DNA of 60,063 nt from an uncultured Puniceicoccaceae bacterium (lineage in GTDB: Bacteria > Verrucomicrobiota > Verrucomicrobiia > Opitutales > Coraliomargaritaceae): NCBI GenBank assembly GCA_963933035.1, contig CAWVTP010000001.1, positions 1 to 60,063 on the forward strand, read 5' to 3'. The translations under genes were made by a program, and so were the position numbers. Below, one piece after another: positions 1 to 11,158 of this stretch. Numbering within the stretch: the first letter of the stretch is position 1; each line of letters starts with the position of its first letter. Below the pieces are notes generated by a model, which did not search any database, was not told the DNA's origin, and worked only from the letters and a program-made list of their open reading frames with translations.

Positions 1-132
1 ATCAAATTTGATAGATGTCGATTACATTATGAGAGGTCCTCGCTCGGACGCTTACTGTAGAAAAGCCATGCAACCGGAAGAAGACAAAGGGTAGCCCACA
101 GTGTTCTGGTGATGTATTTCATTCCTTTGTCT

Positions 133-172
<40 letters not shown>

Positions 173-186
173 CCTGGTTCGGTCTT

Positions 187-681
187 TCATTTTGTCTTCA
201 GGCTGAGGAAATCTCTGAGCTTACGCTCCTCGGTAGATTCCATCGGCTCAATTATTTCAGTGATATCGTTGTATTCCATCGGCAAGGAGTAGGCGTTGAA
301 CCAAAGATTATTTCTTTCGTTCAGGCGGCTGAAAACCACGTAATCTCTCCCCATCGTGAAGTCATAAAACTCTTTATGGATTGGTCCACTGACCACGCCT
401 CGGCTGAGCATGTAGAATGTCAAAATCTCTCCCGTGTCATTCTCACCTTTCCATTTTCTTTTAATGCGCAGCTTGGTTTCGACTGCACTCATATATTTGT
501 ATTCGAGAAAGGGTGCGGGCAAATACTTCTGCTCAATCACTGTTCCGATAACTACGGTGTCGGAGTGCTCCCACCGTTCTTCCAGTGTCGGATCTTTTCT
601 TTCCTCGTTCTCTTGGCTTGGCCAAGCTGCGAGCCCAACAGACACAAGAAATAGTGAGAGGAATGTTAAAGCACTTTTCAT
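187..681 (-). CDS. hypothetical exported protein (164 aa)
   Basis: ORF 187..783 trimmed to the internal ATG at 681. MKSALTFLSLFLVSVGLAAWP looks like a signal peptide, and the trim removes the overlap with the upstream gene. No family recognised. Confidence 0.5.
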   Translation of the reverse strand: MKSALTFLSLFLVSVGLAAWPSQENEERKDPTLEERWEHSDTVVIGTVIEQKYLPAPFLEYKYMSAVETKLRIKRKWKGENDTGEILTFYMLSRGVVSGPIHKEFYDFTMGRDYVVFSRLNERNNLWFNAYSLPMEYNDITEIIEPMESTEERKLRDFLSLKTK

Positions 682-711
682 TTTCTTACCGAACGTCGAG
701 CTCTGGCGCAA

Positions 712-1102
<391 letters not shown>

Positions 1103-1122
1103 TTCTTTCGCAGAACAGTGTT

Positions 1123-1147
1123 ATATCCGCGACTGAGTCGCGGATAT
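1123..1147. promoter_or_regulatory. perfect palindrome ATATCCGCGAC-TGA-GTCGCGGATAT, candidate operator or 5' UTR hairpin
   Basis: 11-bp arms with a 3-nt spacer, read directly. Lies 20 nt upstream of the start codon at 1102 on the minus strand. Confidence 0.3.
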
Positions 1148-1605
1148 CAAGGGAGCTCATTTTTTATTTTGCCTGTATTCGTCAGCGCTATTAAAATATT
1201 AAGTGGTTGACTATAAAGTTTATGCAGGCAATTTAACTCGGTCATTTTTTGTACCTGGATGGATCATTGATTTCTGCAAAAACATGATTCAAAGATGCTT
1301 GTGTGGTCAACGATTTATTCTTAACCACTTACTTGTAAAATTCACGGATAATGCGCCTGTATTTTCGTGGCTTATTACATTGCCAAAAACTCGATCGACC
1401 AAGCATGCTAATTCGGCTCATTCGCCCTTCAATTTCCGAATTCCTTGCCAGCTGATTGCTGAGTCCGAAATGTATGCCGTTGTCCTATTGGAGCCAATGC
1501 CATCCCTTGTAAAACGAATCGTGCCCCCAATTGCAAGCGGCTGGAAATGTACCATTAAGAAATTGGCAATGACTTAAATTTTAACCTTCTGTGCAACAAG
1601 CATCG

Positions 1606-3198
1606 CTAGCTTTCTTGCGCCCAACAAAAACGTAAAGATTGCGTCAACAAGTAGAGCCCTAGAGCAATCATGCCCATGGCAATACTACCCAGCAGGCTGA
1701 AAGGCCCATATTGATAACATAAAACACTCAGCCCCAGTAGTGGCATGGTCGCCATCATCAGCGCGGGCCACCAGACAAAGCCCGCTCGAATCCGCTCCTG
1801 TTTCAAATAAACCAGGAAGGTCATTAAGGCCAAGGCTGCCAAGAGTTGATTGGTGGCACCGAATAGCGGCCAAATCGCTTTCCATACCGGTAAAACCACT
1901 CCTTCAGGTGTGGTGTAGGTGCCGAATGCGGCGCAAGCAGGCGGAATCAGCACGATCAGGGTACCCAAATAACGACTACTGGAACTGCGCCACTGAAACA
2001 ACTCCTCCAACAAAAAGCGCGTTAAGCGAGTGCACGTGTCTAAGGTCGTCAACAAGAAGGTACTGACCGCGAGCGTGGCAAAGGCTAAACCGATGGATTG
2101 CGGAATGCCCAGACTGTCAAAGAAAACCGCCGCGCCGCGCGCAAAAGTAGCCACTGGGCCACCCTCGAGACCACCCACCACACCTACACAAGCAAGTGCA
2201 AACACGGCCAATAGGCCCTCGACCAACATCCCGCCATAACTAATCTTTTTAATATCCGCCTCCGATTGAATCTGTTTGGCGGTGGTGCCACTGCTGACAA
2301 TACTATGAAAGCCACTGCACGCACCACAGGCGACCGTTATAAACAAAAAGGGCACCAGGTAATTCAATTGACTGGGCTCAAACTGAGTAAAGGCCGGCAA
2401 GTCAAGGCCACCACCGCGCACAAAAACGCCAAGCAGCCCCAACAGCATAATGGCATACAAAAAAGTGGCGCTCAGAAAATCACGCGGCTGCATCAAAACC
2501 GCGACCGGCAAGATCGCAGCCACGTAACAGTAGATCAAAGCGGCCACCAAAAATGTGGACTTGGAGATACCTGTCAGCGGGAATTCCACCCCAAACCATA
2601 AACCCGCATACGTAAGGAGAATAAAACAGGGAATCAAAAGTAGCGAGGGCAAGCGCGTTTTCCGTATCAGCCATCCAAAGATGAAAGCCACGATCACGAA
2701 CCAGCCCGATGCCGTCGCGACCGCCGGCTGCTGTATGAATCCCGCAACCGTCAAATCTAGAAAAACAGCTAAGACATAGACCAAAGCCAAAATCACAAAA
2801 CACAGAAACAACTTGCCGGTACGCTCACCAATCAAACGGCGACAGGTCGCGGTGATCGACTGTCCACGCGAGCGCACTGATAAAAAAGTACTGCCAAAAT
2901 CATGCACCCCACCGACAAATATAGCGCCCAATAAAATCCACAAGCAGGTGGGCAACCACCCAAAAGCCGCTGCGGCAATGATCGGGCCGACAATCGGGCC
3001 GGCGCCTGCAATCGATGAGAAGTGATGTCCAAACAAGATGGAAGCCCGGGTAGGAACATAATCCACCCCATCCTCTAGCTGCTGCGCCGGTGTCGTGCGC
3101 TCAGGGTCCACTGCACAGCGGCGCTCTAAAAAGGCTCCGTAATAGCGATACGCCAACAATAAGACAGTGGCCGATAGGATAAATAACGCAATCAACAT
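1606..3198 (-). CDS. cstA: carbon starvation protein A family transporter
   Basis: Multi-TM protein with [14 protein letters not shown] and [18 protein letters not shown] motifs typical of CstA. Start moved from 3327 to the ATG at 3198 (MLIALFILS...) because the upstream 43 aa are not CstA-like. Confidence 0.85.
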   Translation of the reverse strand: MLIALFILSATVLLLAYRYYGAFLERRCAVDPERTTPAQQLEDGVDYVPTRASILFGHHFSSIAGAGPIVGPIIAAAAFGWLPTCLWILLGAIFVGGVHDFGSTFLSVRSRGQSITATCRRLIGERTGKLFLCFVILALVYVLAVFLDLTVAGFIQQPAVATASGWFVIVAFIFGWLIRKTRLPSLLLIPCFILLTYAGLWFGVEFPLTGISKSTFLVAALIYCYVAAILPVAVLMQPRDFLSATFLYAIMLLGLLGVFVRGGGLDLPAFTQFEPSQLNYLVPFLFITVACGACSGFHSIVSSGTTAKQIQSEADIKKISYGGMLVEGLLAVFALACVGVVGGLEGGPVATFARGAAVFFDSLGIPQSIGLAFATLAVSTFLLTTLDTCTRLTRFLLEELFQWRSSSSRYLGTLIVLIPPACAAFGTYTTPEGVVLPVWKAIWPLFGATNQLLAALALMTFLVYLKQERIRAGFVWWPALMMATMPLLGLSVLCYQYGPFSLLGSIAMGMIALGLYLLTQSLRFCWAQES

Positions 3199-3454
3199 TG
3201 GGCTAAGCAAAAAGGTATCTGCATTGTATTCAACCCTAATTATGCAATAGGCTGAGCATGGTGCTCGGCAACTGAAGGCAAAGGGAGCGTATAAATATAC
3301 GTGACTGCTGGCCTGAGAGGCAGCCATGTGCCTAATATATGGTAGGTTTTCAGAGCTGCCCTAATGCTCAAAAAATCCGTTTGCATAGTTGAGGTTCATG
3401 CTCGCAATCATATACCCTTGACAGTATATACTAAAAAAAGAATACATTAAAACA

Positions 3455-3841
3455 ATGGAAGCCACCGAACTGTACAAATGCCTTGCCGACCCCTATCGGC
3501 TACGCATCTTGAGCCTATTGGACCAAGGCCCACTCTGCGTGTGTCATTTGCAGGACTTATTGGCGGTGCCCCAAGTCAAAATGTCCAAACAATTAGCGAG
3601 CATGAAAGCAGTCGGCTTGATACATGCCGAGCGCTCGGGCACTTGGATGATCTACTCGCTAAAAAATCCGGCCCACCCACTGCTACAGCACAATTTCGAA
3701 TACCTACGAACATCTGCAAGCCCAGAAGCCGAGCGACTGCGCAGCGACTCGCAACAACGAGCGCAACTACTGACACAAATTGAAAAAGAGCAGAACCCCT
3801 GCCCTGCCGAAATTTACGCCTGCACTTGTGAGGCAAAATAG
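3455..3841 (+). CDS. arsR: ArsR/SmtB family metalloregulator
   Basis: LADPYRLRILSLL wHTH plus the LCVCHL metalloid-binding motif. First gene of the ars cluster. Confidence 0.9.
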   Translation: MEATELYKCLADPYRLRILSLLDQGPLCVCHLQDLLAVPQVKMSKQLASMKAVGLIHAERSGTWMIYSLKNPAHPLLQHNFEYLRTSASPEAERLRSDSQQRAQLLTQIEKEQNPCPAEIYACTCEAK

Positions 3842-3844
3842 CTT

Positions 3845-4015
3845 ATGAAAACCGACCCGACCAACAAAACACATACTGAGAAACTTGGATTCTTTCAACG
3901 AATTGTCAAAAAAGTCGATAGCGTCATGCAGGAAAAAGCGGCTGAACAAGCCAAAAACAGTGCCTGCTGCGCCCCGAATTCTGACGACAAAGATAAGGGC
4001 AACAAATGCTGCTAG
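3845..4015 (+). CDS. small cysteine-pair protein (56 aa), not in the ORF track
   Basis: ATG at 3845, 10 nt after a GAGG. Translates as [56 protein letters not shown], with TAG at 4013-4015. Overlaps the next gene's ATG (4006) by 10 nt. Confidence 0.5.
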   Translation: MKTDPTNKTHTEKLGFFQRIVKKVDSVMQEKAAEQAKNSACCAPNSDDKDKGNKCC

Positions 4016-4959
4016 AGGCCGTCCATTACTTGGTGTATGATCTACTCTCGCTGCCGGCGGATTCGAAATTGGGCGGCCTGATTCACTTTTTCCTCTACGA
4101 CTCCATAAAAATCTTTGGATTGCTCGCGATCATGATGCTCGCCATTAGCCTGATGCGCACATGGCTCCCAGAGCAGCGACTGCGAAAATGGATGAGTCGC
4201 GGCGGCGTGAGCGGCAACTTTCTGGCGGCCGCCTTTGGGGCCATCACGCCCTTTTGTTCCTGCTCCTCAATTCCCATTTTTATTAGCTTGCTGAAAGCGG
4301 GTGTCCCCCTGGGCATCGCTTTTTCCTTCCTGATCACCTCCCCCATCATCAACGAATATCTCGTCATCCTAATGATTGGGGAATTTGGAATGGCAGTGAG
4401 TCTCGCCTATGTCTGCAGTGGCTTGCTGATCGGCACATTAGCGGGCGCGCTCCTCGGTCGACTCAAGCTGGAAACAATGCTCGAGCCCGACATGGTGGAT
4501 ACAGCCGCAGATAGCACCCAGACATCCTATACGCATTTTGGCCAACGGATGCGCTATGCGGTGGTCGAAACATGGACCATGATACGGCAAATTTGGCTTT
4601 GGATCTTAGTGGGCGTGGGTATCGGGGCCTTCATTTACAATTATATACCAGAAGAAAGCTTGCATTCTCTCATGCAGGCAACGGGTATTTTCTCGGTGCC
4701 CTTGGCCACTTTGTTGGGCATTCCCATGTACGGAAGTTGCGCGGCCATTGTGCCCGTTGCCGTCGTGCTCTTTCAAAAAGGCATCCCACTGGGAACTGCC
4801 TTGGCATTTATGATGGCAATGGCGGCTCTTAGCCTACCCGAAGCCATTATGCTACGCCGCATCATGCGCCTTAAACTCATTGCCATCTACTTTGGCCTAA
4901 CAGCGCTCGCCATCATTTTTACCGGTTACCTGCTCAATCTAATAGCACAGTGGCTCTAA
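4006..4959 (+). CDS. ArsP-like permease (COG0701/DUF318 family)
   Basis: Multi-TM protein with the [13 protein letters not shown] motif characteristic of this permease family. Sits in the ars context. Confidence 0.8.
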   Translation: MLLEAVHYLVYDLLSLPADSKLGGLIHFFLYDSIKIFGLLAIMMLAISLMRTWLPEQRLRKWMSRGGVSGNFLAAAFGAITPFCSCSSIPIFISLLKAGVPLGIAFSFLITSPIINEYLVILMIGEFGMAVSLAYVCSGLLIGTLAGALLGRLKLETMLEPDMVDTAADSTQTSYTHFGQRMRYAVVETWTMIRQIWLWILVGVGIGAFIYNYIPEESLHSLMQATGIFSVPLATLLGIPMYGSCAAIVPVAVVLFQKGIPLGTALAFMMAMAALSLPEAIMLRRIMRLKLIAIYFGLTALAIIFTGYLLNLIAQWL

Positions 4960-4978
4960 ATACATCCACATCCTCACA

Positions 4979-5431
<453 letters not shown>

Positions 5432-5436
5432 GCCTT

Positions 5437-6093
5437 ATGCAAAACAAGCTGATCGCAGAATTTATCGGGACGTATTTTTTGTACCTACTGATTGCCCTTT
5501 GCGTGGTCCCACCCGGTATCGGGGCCTTCACCCCACTGGCCGTGGGGATTGGCCTGACGGCGCTGGTCTATTCCTGTGGTCATATCTCAAAAGCTCATTT
5601 CAACCCGGCGACCACCATCACCTATCTGTGCGCGGGCACCCATGCGCCCCGAGCATTCCTACCTTTCGTGCTAATTATTTTTACGGCCGCCAGCCTCGCT
5701 GCATGGACGATGCACGCACTCCAGCCTCAAGCTTTAATTGAAGTGCAGGCCTTGGAGATTGATTGGCTGAAGGTCATCATTGCCGAGGCCCTGTTTACCT
5801 TTGCGCTGATGTGGGTGATTCTTAATGTGGCCATCGCCAAGGGTACTGCTGGCAATCAGTTTTACGGTATCTCGATCGGCGCCATTGTGACCGCGGGCGC
5901 CTATGCGGTGGGTCCGATTTCCTTTGCCGCATTCAATCCCGCCGTCACACTGGCCCTGTGCATTAACGGATTCATTCCTTGGATCGCATTTCCCGTCTAC
6001 TGCCTAGTGCAAGCGCTTGCAGCAGCGAGTGCGGGCTACGTGTTTAAAAGTATGCGCATCACGAATCCAAGCGAATATCCAGCTAAGATTTAA
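5437..6093 (+). CDS. MIP-family channel (aquaporin/aquaglyceroporin)
   Basis: Two NPA boxes (HFNPATT, AFNPAVT) and a six-TM pattern. Last gene of the ars cluster. Confidence 0.85.
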   Translation: MQNKLIAEFIGTYFLYLLIALCVVPPGIGAFTPLAVGIGLTALVYSCGHISKAHFNPATTITYLCAGTHAPRAFLPFVLIIFTAASLAAWTMHALQPQALIEVQALEIDWLKVIIAEALFTFALMWVILNVAIAKGTAGNQFYGISIGAIVTAGAYAVGPISFAAFNPAVTLALCINGFIPWIAFPVYCLVQALAAASAGYVFKSMRITNPSEYPAKI

Positions 6094-6341
6094 GCCCTCA
6101 TCTATGCCGAACGGATGCCAGCATTCGCGGCAAGCAGCCCGTCAGCTCAGTTCTGCGTCAAAGGCAATTTCAGTTTTTTATTGCCACTCAGCCTCTACAG
6201 CATCTACTACACACTATTGATGTTTAGCAACTGGCTCTTATTTCTAAAAGAGCGACCATACAGTTTGCAGCATTTAATGAACGTTCGTAGCTACGGAGTG
6301 TTATAAGCAATCTCCAATGTGCGGAACACAATTTTGAAGGC

Positions 6342-7508
6342 ATGAGTCAAACCACACCGAATTCACAAACTAACGAGGTCCCCACACCAGATTCAGGATC
6401 GCAAAATATCGCTGTTGCGGGCATCTTGGAGCTACTACCAAACAAAACGGCGCGCATCATTGACCCTAGTCGCAATGGAAAGACGCGGCCAACAGACCCC
6501 TTTGTGCCGAAAGAACTGGTGAAACGCTTTCGGCTCAAAACCGGCAACTATGTGGAAGCGCAGGCACAAAGTAGTGCCCGCTTTCCCAATCCCAAAGTCT
6601 GCTACATCGAGAAAGTCGACGGTGCCAGCATGGAGGAGCGCAAGGGCCGCTACGCTTTTCAACAAATGATCTCGATCGCGCCCGACGAACAGATTAAATT
6701 AGAATCTAAGGATGGACGTCTGACGACGCGCATCATGGATCTTTTTTGCCCCATTGGTAAAGGAACCCGTGGCTTGATCGTGGCACCACCGCGTACCGGA
6801 AAAACCACTTTGTTGCACGACATGGCTACCGGGATTTTAGAAAATCATCCTGAATGCCACATGCTCGTGTTATTAATAGATGAAAGACCGGAAGAAGTCA
6901 CTGATTTCAAACGCAGCGTCTCTGCCGAAATCTATGCCTCTTCCAATGATGAAGAAATCAGCAATCACTTACGATTGGCTGAAATTACGTTAGAGCGCGC
7001 CAAACGCTTGGTCGAATCCGGCAAAGATGTCGTTTTGCTGCTAGACTCCATTACCCGCCTAGCCCGCGCCTACAACGCCGCTTCTGGAAAGGGAGGACGG
7101 ACTATGACCGGTGGACTCGATAGTCGCGCGCTAGAGAAACCGCGCCAATTATTTTCGGCTGCTCGCAACTGCGAAGATGGTGGCAGCCTAACGATTATCG
7201 GCACCGCACTCGTCCAGACGGGCAGTAAAATGGACGACCTCATCTTCCAAGAATTCAAAGGTACGGGTAACATGGAAATGGTGCTCGACCGCAAAGCCGC
7301 CGAATTGCGTCTATGGCCTGCCATCAACCTCAATGCCTCTGGGACTCGCAAAGAAGAGCTCCTATTGTCTGGAAAAACACTGCAGGCAGCCCAACTACTA
7401 CGGCGTGCCTTGGCTGGACAAAAAATTGAAGACGCAACCGAGTCGATGATAGAACGATTTTCGAGCACTCAAAGCAACGCAGAATTTTTACGACGCATAC
7501 AAGGCTGA
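6342..7508 (+). CDS. rho: transcription termination factor Rho
   Basis: PIGKGTRGLIVAPPRTGKTTLL Walker A, LLIDERPEEV, and an RNA-binding-domain-like N-terminal part. Confidence 0.95.
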   Translation: MSQTTPNSQTNEVPTPDSGSQNIAVAGILELLPNKTARIIDPSRNGKTRPTDPFVPKELVKRFRLKTGNYVEAQAQSSARFPNPKVCYIEKVDGASMEERKGRYAFQQMISIAPDEQIKLESKDGRLTTRIMDLFCPIGKGTRGLIVAPPRTGKTTLLHDMATGILENHPECHMLVLLIDERPEEVTDFKRSVSAEIYASSNDEEISNHLRLAEITLERAKRLVESGKDVVLLLDSITRLARAYNAASGKGGRTMTGGLDSRALEKPRQLFSAARNCEDGGSLTIIGTALVQTGSKMDDLIFQEFKGTGNMEMVLDRKAAELRLWPAINLNASGTRKEELLLSGKTLQAAQLLRRALAGQKIEDATESMIERFSSTQSNAEFLRRIQG

Positions 7509-7537
7509 TAAGCTGCTTCGACGTAAAGCGCTGAGTC

Positions 7538-8119
7538 ATGGCTAAAAAAACTGAGATAGCGCCCCCGGAAACATGGGTGGATCGCTATGGTGATTATTTG
7601 TATGGCTTTGCCATGTCGCGGCTACGCAACCCAGACGCGGCGCACGACTGCGTGCAGGATACTTTTTTGGCCGCCATCAAGGCACTTGACCGCTTCGATG
7701 GCAGTCGCGACATTAAATTTTGGCTGCGGGGCATTATGCGCAACAAAATAGTCGATCAAATTCGGCGCTCCGTCAAAGAAAACAAAGTCGATATTCAAGC
7801 GGAGGATGAGGCGCTGATCGAAAGTTTTTGGTTTAAGTACAGCGGGATCGCGACCACAAACCCAGACCCTTGGCAATTCAACCCCCGCAAACATTACGAC
7901 AACAGTGAATTTTGGGTAATTTTTGATCGTTGTATTCAACAAGTCAAAGAACCTGCCCGCCAAGCTTTTATCTTACGCGTGCTGGAAGACTTGAGCACGG
8001 AAGAAGTTTGTAAGGTCATGAATATTTCTTCGAACTATTTATGGGTGCTATTGCATCGCGCCCGCGCCCAACTCAAAACTTTGATCGAAGCCAACTGGAC
8101 TGGCTCCGACGCCAAATAA
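7538..8119 (+). CDS. ECF-type RNA polymerase sigma-70 factor
   Basis: Region 2 (DAAHDCVQDTFLAA) and region 4 (LSTEEVCKVMNISSNYLWVLLHRAR) patterns; 193 aa. Confidence 0.9.
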   Translation: MAKKTEIAPPETWVDRYGDYLYGFAMSRLRNPDAAHDCVQDTFLAAIKALDRFDGSRDIKFWLRGIMRNKIVDQIRRSVKENKVDIQAEDEALIESFWFKYSGIATTNPDPWQFNPRKHYDNSEFWVIFDRCIQQVKEPARQAFILRVLEDLSTEEVCKVMNISSNYLWVLLHRARAQLKTLIEANWTGSDAK

Positions 8120-8126
8120 TCTATTC

Positions 8127-8414
8127 ATGTTAACCTGCAAACAAGTCTCAGAGGCACTTGCCCACAAAAACTATTCGGAACTTCCGAGACTCAAACGTTG
8201 GGCCCTCTTACTTCACGTTAAATTATGCCCGATCTGCGGAAAATTCAACCAGCAGATCATGCGCTCTCAAGAGATGTTCTCACGCTACAAAGATCAGGAG
8301 TCCTCGGGATTACACAGCCAATACAATCTTGAGCGCGCCTCCAAAGGGCATCTAAAAAAGCAACTTCAGCAAGCTATGGAAGCGCAGTCCAAACAGCAGG
8401 CGCCCGAGCGCTAA
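8127..8414 (+). CDS. soluble zinc-binding anti-sigma factor (ZAS, zf-HC2)
   Basis: C4-x25-H30-x3-C34-x2-C37 motif and no TM segment. Starts 7 nt after the sigma gene. Confidence 0.7.
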   Translation: MLTCKQVSEALAHKNYSELPRLKRWALLLHVKLCPICGKFNQQIMRSQEMFSRYKDQESSGLHSQYNLERASKGHLKKQLQQAMEAQSKQQAPER

Positions 8415-9991
8415 GCTTTTATCAGCGAGCGCCCTGTCATGGCTTGCGGCTGCTCCAAATGCATCATGGCGAGCAATGTGGGCGCTATATCCGCTAAGCA
8501 TCCCTGCCTCTGCAGCTGCCCATCTTTGAACGCCTGCCCGTAAAGCACCACTTCCACGGGATTTAAAGTATGCGCGGTATGCGGGCCGTCGTTGTCAAAA
8601 TTCCACAATTGGTCGCAGTTTCCATGATCAGCTGTAATGAGTGCATTGCCCTCAATCGTATCCACCGCTTCCAGCAAATCAGCGACACAGCCATCCACAA
8701 TCTCGCAGGCACGCACACATGCCGGCACCACGCCAGTATGGCCGACCATATCCGGGTTGGCAAAGTTCACCACAACTAGGCCATATTTACCCGAACGAAT
8801 CGCCTGCACAGCGGCATCTCGAATCCCATAGGCCGACATTTCCGGCTTTTCGTCATAAGTCGCACAGTCTTTACGGCTCGGAATCAAGCAGCGCTCTTCA
8901 CCCGGAAAAGGTGCTTCACGATAGTCGTTAAAGAAGAAGGTCACATGCGGAAACTTCTCGGTTTCTGCACAGCGAAATTGCGGAATCCCTTGCTGCGACA
9001 CATAGGCCCCTAAGATCGATTCCATCGGCTGGGGCTTGCTGAAGACGACTTGATCACACAGCCCCTTTTGATATTCCGTCATGGTGCAAAACTGCAGGTC
9101 CAAACGAGGCCCACGATCAAAAGTGTCAAAATTCGCATCGATAAAAGCACGCGTCAACTCTCTGGGACGGTCGCCTCGAAAATTGTAAAATAAGACCGCA
9201 TCCCCCGACTGGATGGACCCAATGGCCGCTCCCTGCGCATCGACAATAGCGGTCGGCGGACAGAATTCATCGCCTTGCGTCCCCGCGGTTTCCGGCTGAT
9301 CGTACTGCGCCTGAATGGCCGCTTGTGCGCTGAGGGCAGTCCGCTCAATCGCGCGCCCCGTTAAGCAATCGTAGGCACGCTGCACCCGATCCCAGCGCTG
9401 ATCGCGGTCCATGGCCCAGTAGCGACCCGTAACGCTGGCAATCTGACCAAGCCCGATCTGCGCAAACTTGGCTTCCACTTGCTGAATAAAGCCCAGTCCG
9501 GTAAAAGGCCCAGTGTCACGTCCATCGGTAAACGCATGCAAGTAAAGGGTCTGCACCCCTGCAGCTTTGGCTACTTTGACCAAGCCATAGAGATGATCCA
9601 ACATGGCATGCACCCCCGCATCCGAGATTAACCCCATCAAATGAAGAGCCGAGCCCTGTTGCTGTACGTGGGAGATAGCGGACTGCAGACTCGGTAATTC
9701 CGCAACCGCTCCAGATGCGATCGATTTATTAATTCGCACAATTTCCTGATCCACGACTCTTCCGGCACCCATGTTTTGGTGCCCGACCTCGCTATTGCCC
9801 ATAATCCCCTCGGGAAGTCCCACCGCTAATCCGGCCGCTTCAATTTCGGTACGTGGCCAAGATTGTGTGAGTTGATCCGCACAGGGCGTCTGTGCCAGCT
9901 TAACCGCATTGTGCGCATCGAAGCGCGGATCTTTATTTTCACCCCATCCATCCCGAATAATCAGAACGCTTGTTTTATAAGTTTTTTCCAT
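8411..9991 (-). CDS. gpmI: 2,3-bisphosphoglycerate-independent phosphoglycerate mutase
   Basis: 526 aa with iPGM hallmarks ([24 protein letters not shown]). Confidence 0.95.
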   Translation of the reverse strand: MEKTYKTSVLIIRDGWGENKDPRFDAHNAVKLAQTPCADQLTQSWPRTEIEAAGLAVGLPEGIMGNSEVGHQNMGAGRVVDQEIVRINKSIASGAVAELPSLQSAISHVQQQGSALHLMGLISDAGVHAMLDHLYGLVKVAKAAGVQTLYLHAFTDGRDTGPFTGLGFIQQVEAKFAQIGLGQIASVTGRYWAMDRDQRWDRVQRAYDCLTGRAIERTALSAQAAIQAQYDQPETAGTQGDEFCPPTAIVDAQGAAIGSIQSGDAVLFYNFRGDRPRELTRAFIDANFDTFDRGPRLDLQFCTMTEYQKGLCDQVVFSKPQPMESILGAYVSQQGIPQFRCAETEKFPHVTFFFNDYREAPFPGEERCLIPSRKDCATYDEKPEMSAYGIRDAAVQAIRSGKYGLVVVNFANPDMVGHTGVVPACVRACEIVDGCVADLLEAVDTIEGNALITADHGNCDQLWNFDNDGPHTAHTLNPVEVVLYGQAFKDGQLQRQGCLADIAPTLLAMMHLEQPQAMTGRSLIKA

Positions 9992-10016
9992 CGTGAATCC
10001 TATTCGTTTTTTTAAA

Positions 10017-11021
10017 TTAACTCGAACGCATCCAAGCTGCCGCCAGCATAACCAACAAATAATACAGCACTAGACAGCCACCTTCTTTCCGCGTTACGGT
10101 GTGCCCAGTTTTGAAGAAGTAAACTAAGCCAAGCGTCAACACAATCAAGGCAGGCATCTCAAAGTAGAGCAATTCACGGGCTACTGGGATGGGATTGATC
10201 GCGGCCACCCCGCCACCAATTAAGAGCAAATTAAATAAATTTGAGCCGACTATATTGCCCGCACAAATACCACTGTGTCCAGCTCGTGCAGCTGCCACGC
10301 AGGCCGCGAGCTCAGGTAAACTCGTCCCAAAAGCTAGCACCGTCAAACCAATCAGGGTAGGACTTACTCCCATGCGTCCCGCTAATTCGACACTGGATTG
10401 CACCAAAATCTCGGCCCCCAAGCTTAAACCAATCACGCCAACGCTCAACAAAAAGAGCGCACTCCATGTTGAACGCTGCCCTTGAACAGCGATTTCCTCA
10501 TCGAATTCAGCACTTTCATCACCCGCCCCTTGGCGCACTTCAATCACAATATAAACTAAATATGACAGCAACAAGAGCAATAAAATCAATCCTTCCCAAC
10601 GAGCCAGCTGACCAAAACTAAAGCTATAAAATAAACAAGTCGCTCCTAAGAGAAGTGGTACCTCTCGCTGGATCAGCCTCAATTGGATCCGCAGCGGTAA
10701 GATGAGCGCTGTCACACCTAGGATCAACCCGGTATTGGCCAGATTGCTGCCGACGATAGTCCCCATCGCTAACCCGGGACTTTCGAAGGCCGCAAATAAA
10801 GATGTCAGCATTTCTGGCATAGAGGTCGCCATCGATACGATGGTCAAGCCGACCAATACCGGGCTCATCTTTAAATTTAAGGAAAGGGTTGCGGCTCCAG
10901 TCGTCAACCAGTCACCCCCAAAACTCAAAGCTAGCAAACCGAATAGCATCAATCCGCACAAGAGGAAGCCCGGAGAACCCACTATAAACTCATGAAACCC
11001 TGCAAGTGATAAAATCATCAT
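10017..11021 (-). CDS. Ca2+/Na+ antiporter, CaCA (YrbG-like) family
   Basis: Two alpha-repeats (ATSMPEM, GTSLPEL) plus GSNLAN/GSNLFN motifs; about 10 TM segments. Confidence 0.85.
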   Translation of the reverse strand: MMILSLAGFHEFIVGSPGFLLCGLMLFGLLALSFGGDWLTTGAATLSLNLKMSPVLVGLTIVSMATSMPEMLTSLFAAFESPGLAMGTIVGSNLANTGLILGVTALILPLRIQLRLIQREVPLLLGATCLFYSFSFGQLARWEGLILLLLLLSYLVYIVIEVRQGAGDESAEFDEEIAVQGQRSTWSALFLLSVGVIGLSLGAEILVQSSVELAGRMGVSPTLIGLTVLAFGTSLPELAACVAAARAGHSGICAGNIVGSNLFNLLLIGGGVAAINPIPVARELLYFEMPALIVLTLGLVYFFKTGHTVTRKEGGCLVLYYLLVMLAAAWMRSS

Positions 11022-11158
11022 GTCTCACCATCCCACGCTAAAGTATAGGCTCAAGCATAGAGTCTCTGAAATGCGACAATTATCTCGGGCAGAATGCTTG
11101 ACTTAATAATCAAGCCACATAATCTCCGCCGATTTGATTCACACACGGCCCTCAAACA

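Noticed and set aside
1203-1577. 124-aa plus-strand ORF in the cstA-downstream gap
   Set aside because: It has no start context and no family resemblance, and its composition looks like translated non-coding DNA. The 1148-1605 region is kept as unexplained intergenic rather than called as a CDS.
3199-3327. 43-codon N-terminal extension of the cstA ORF
   Set aside because: The extension ([28 protein letters not shown]...) is not CstA-like. The family N-terminus starts at MLIALFILS (ATG 3198).
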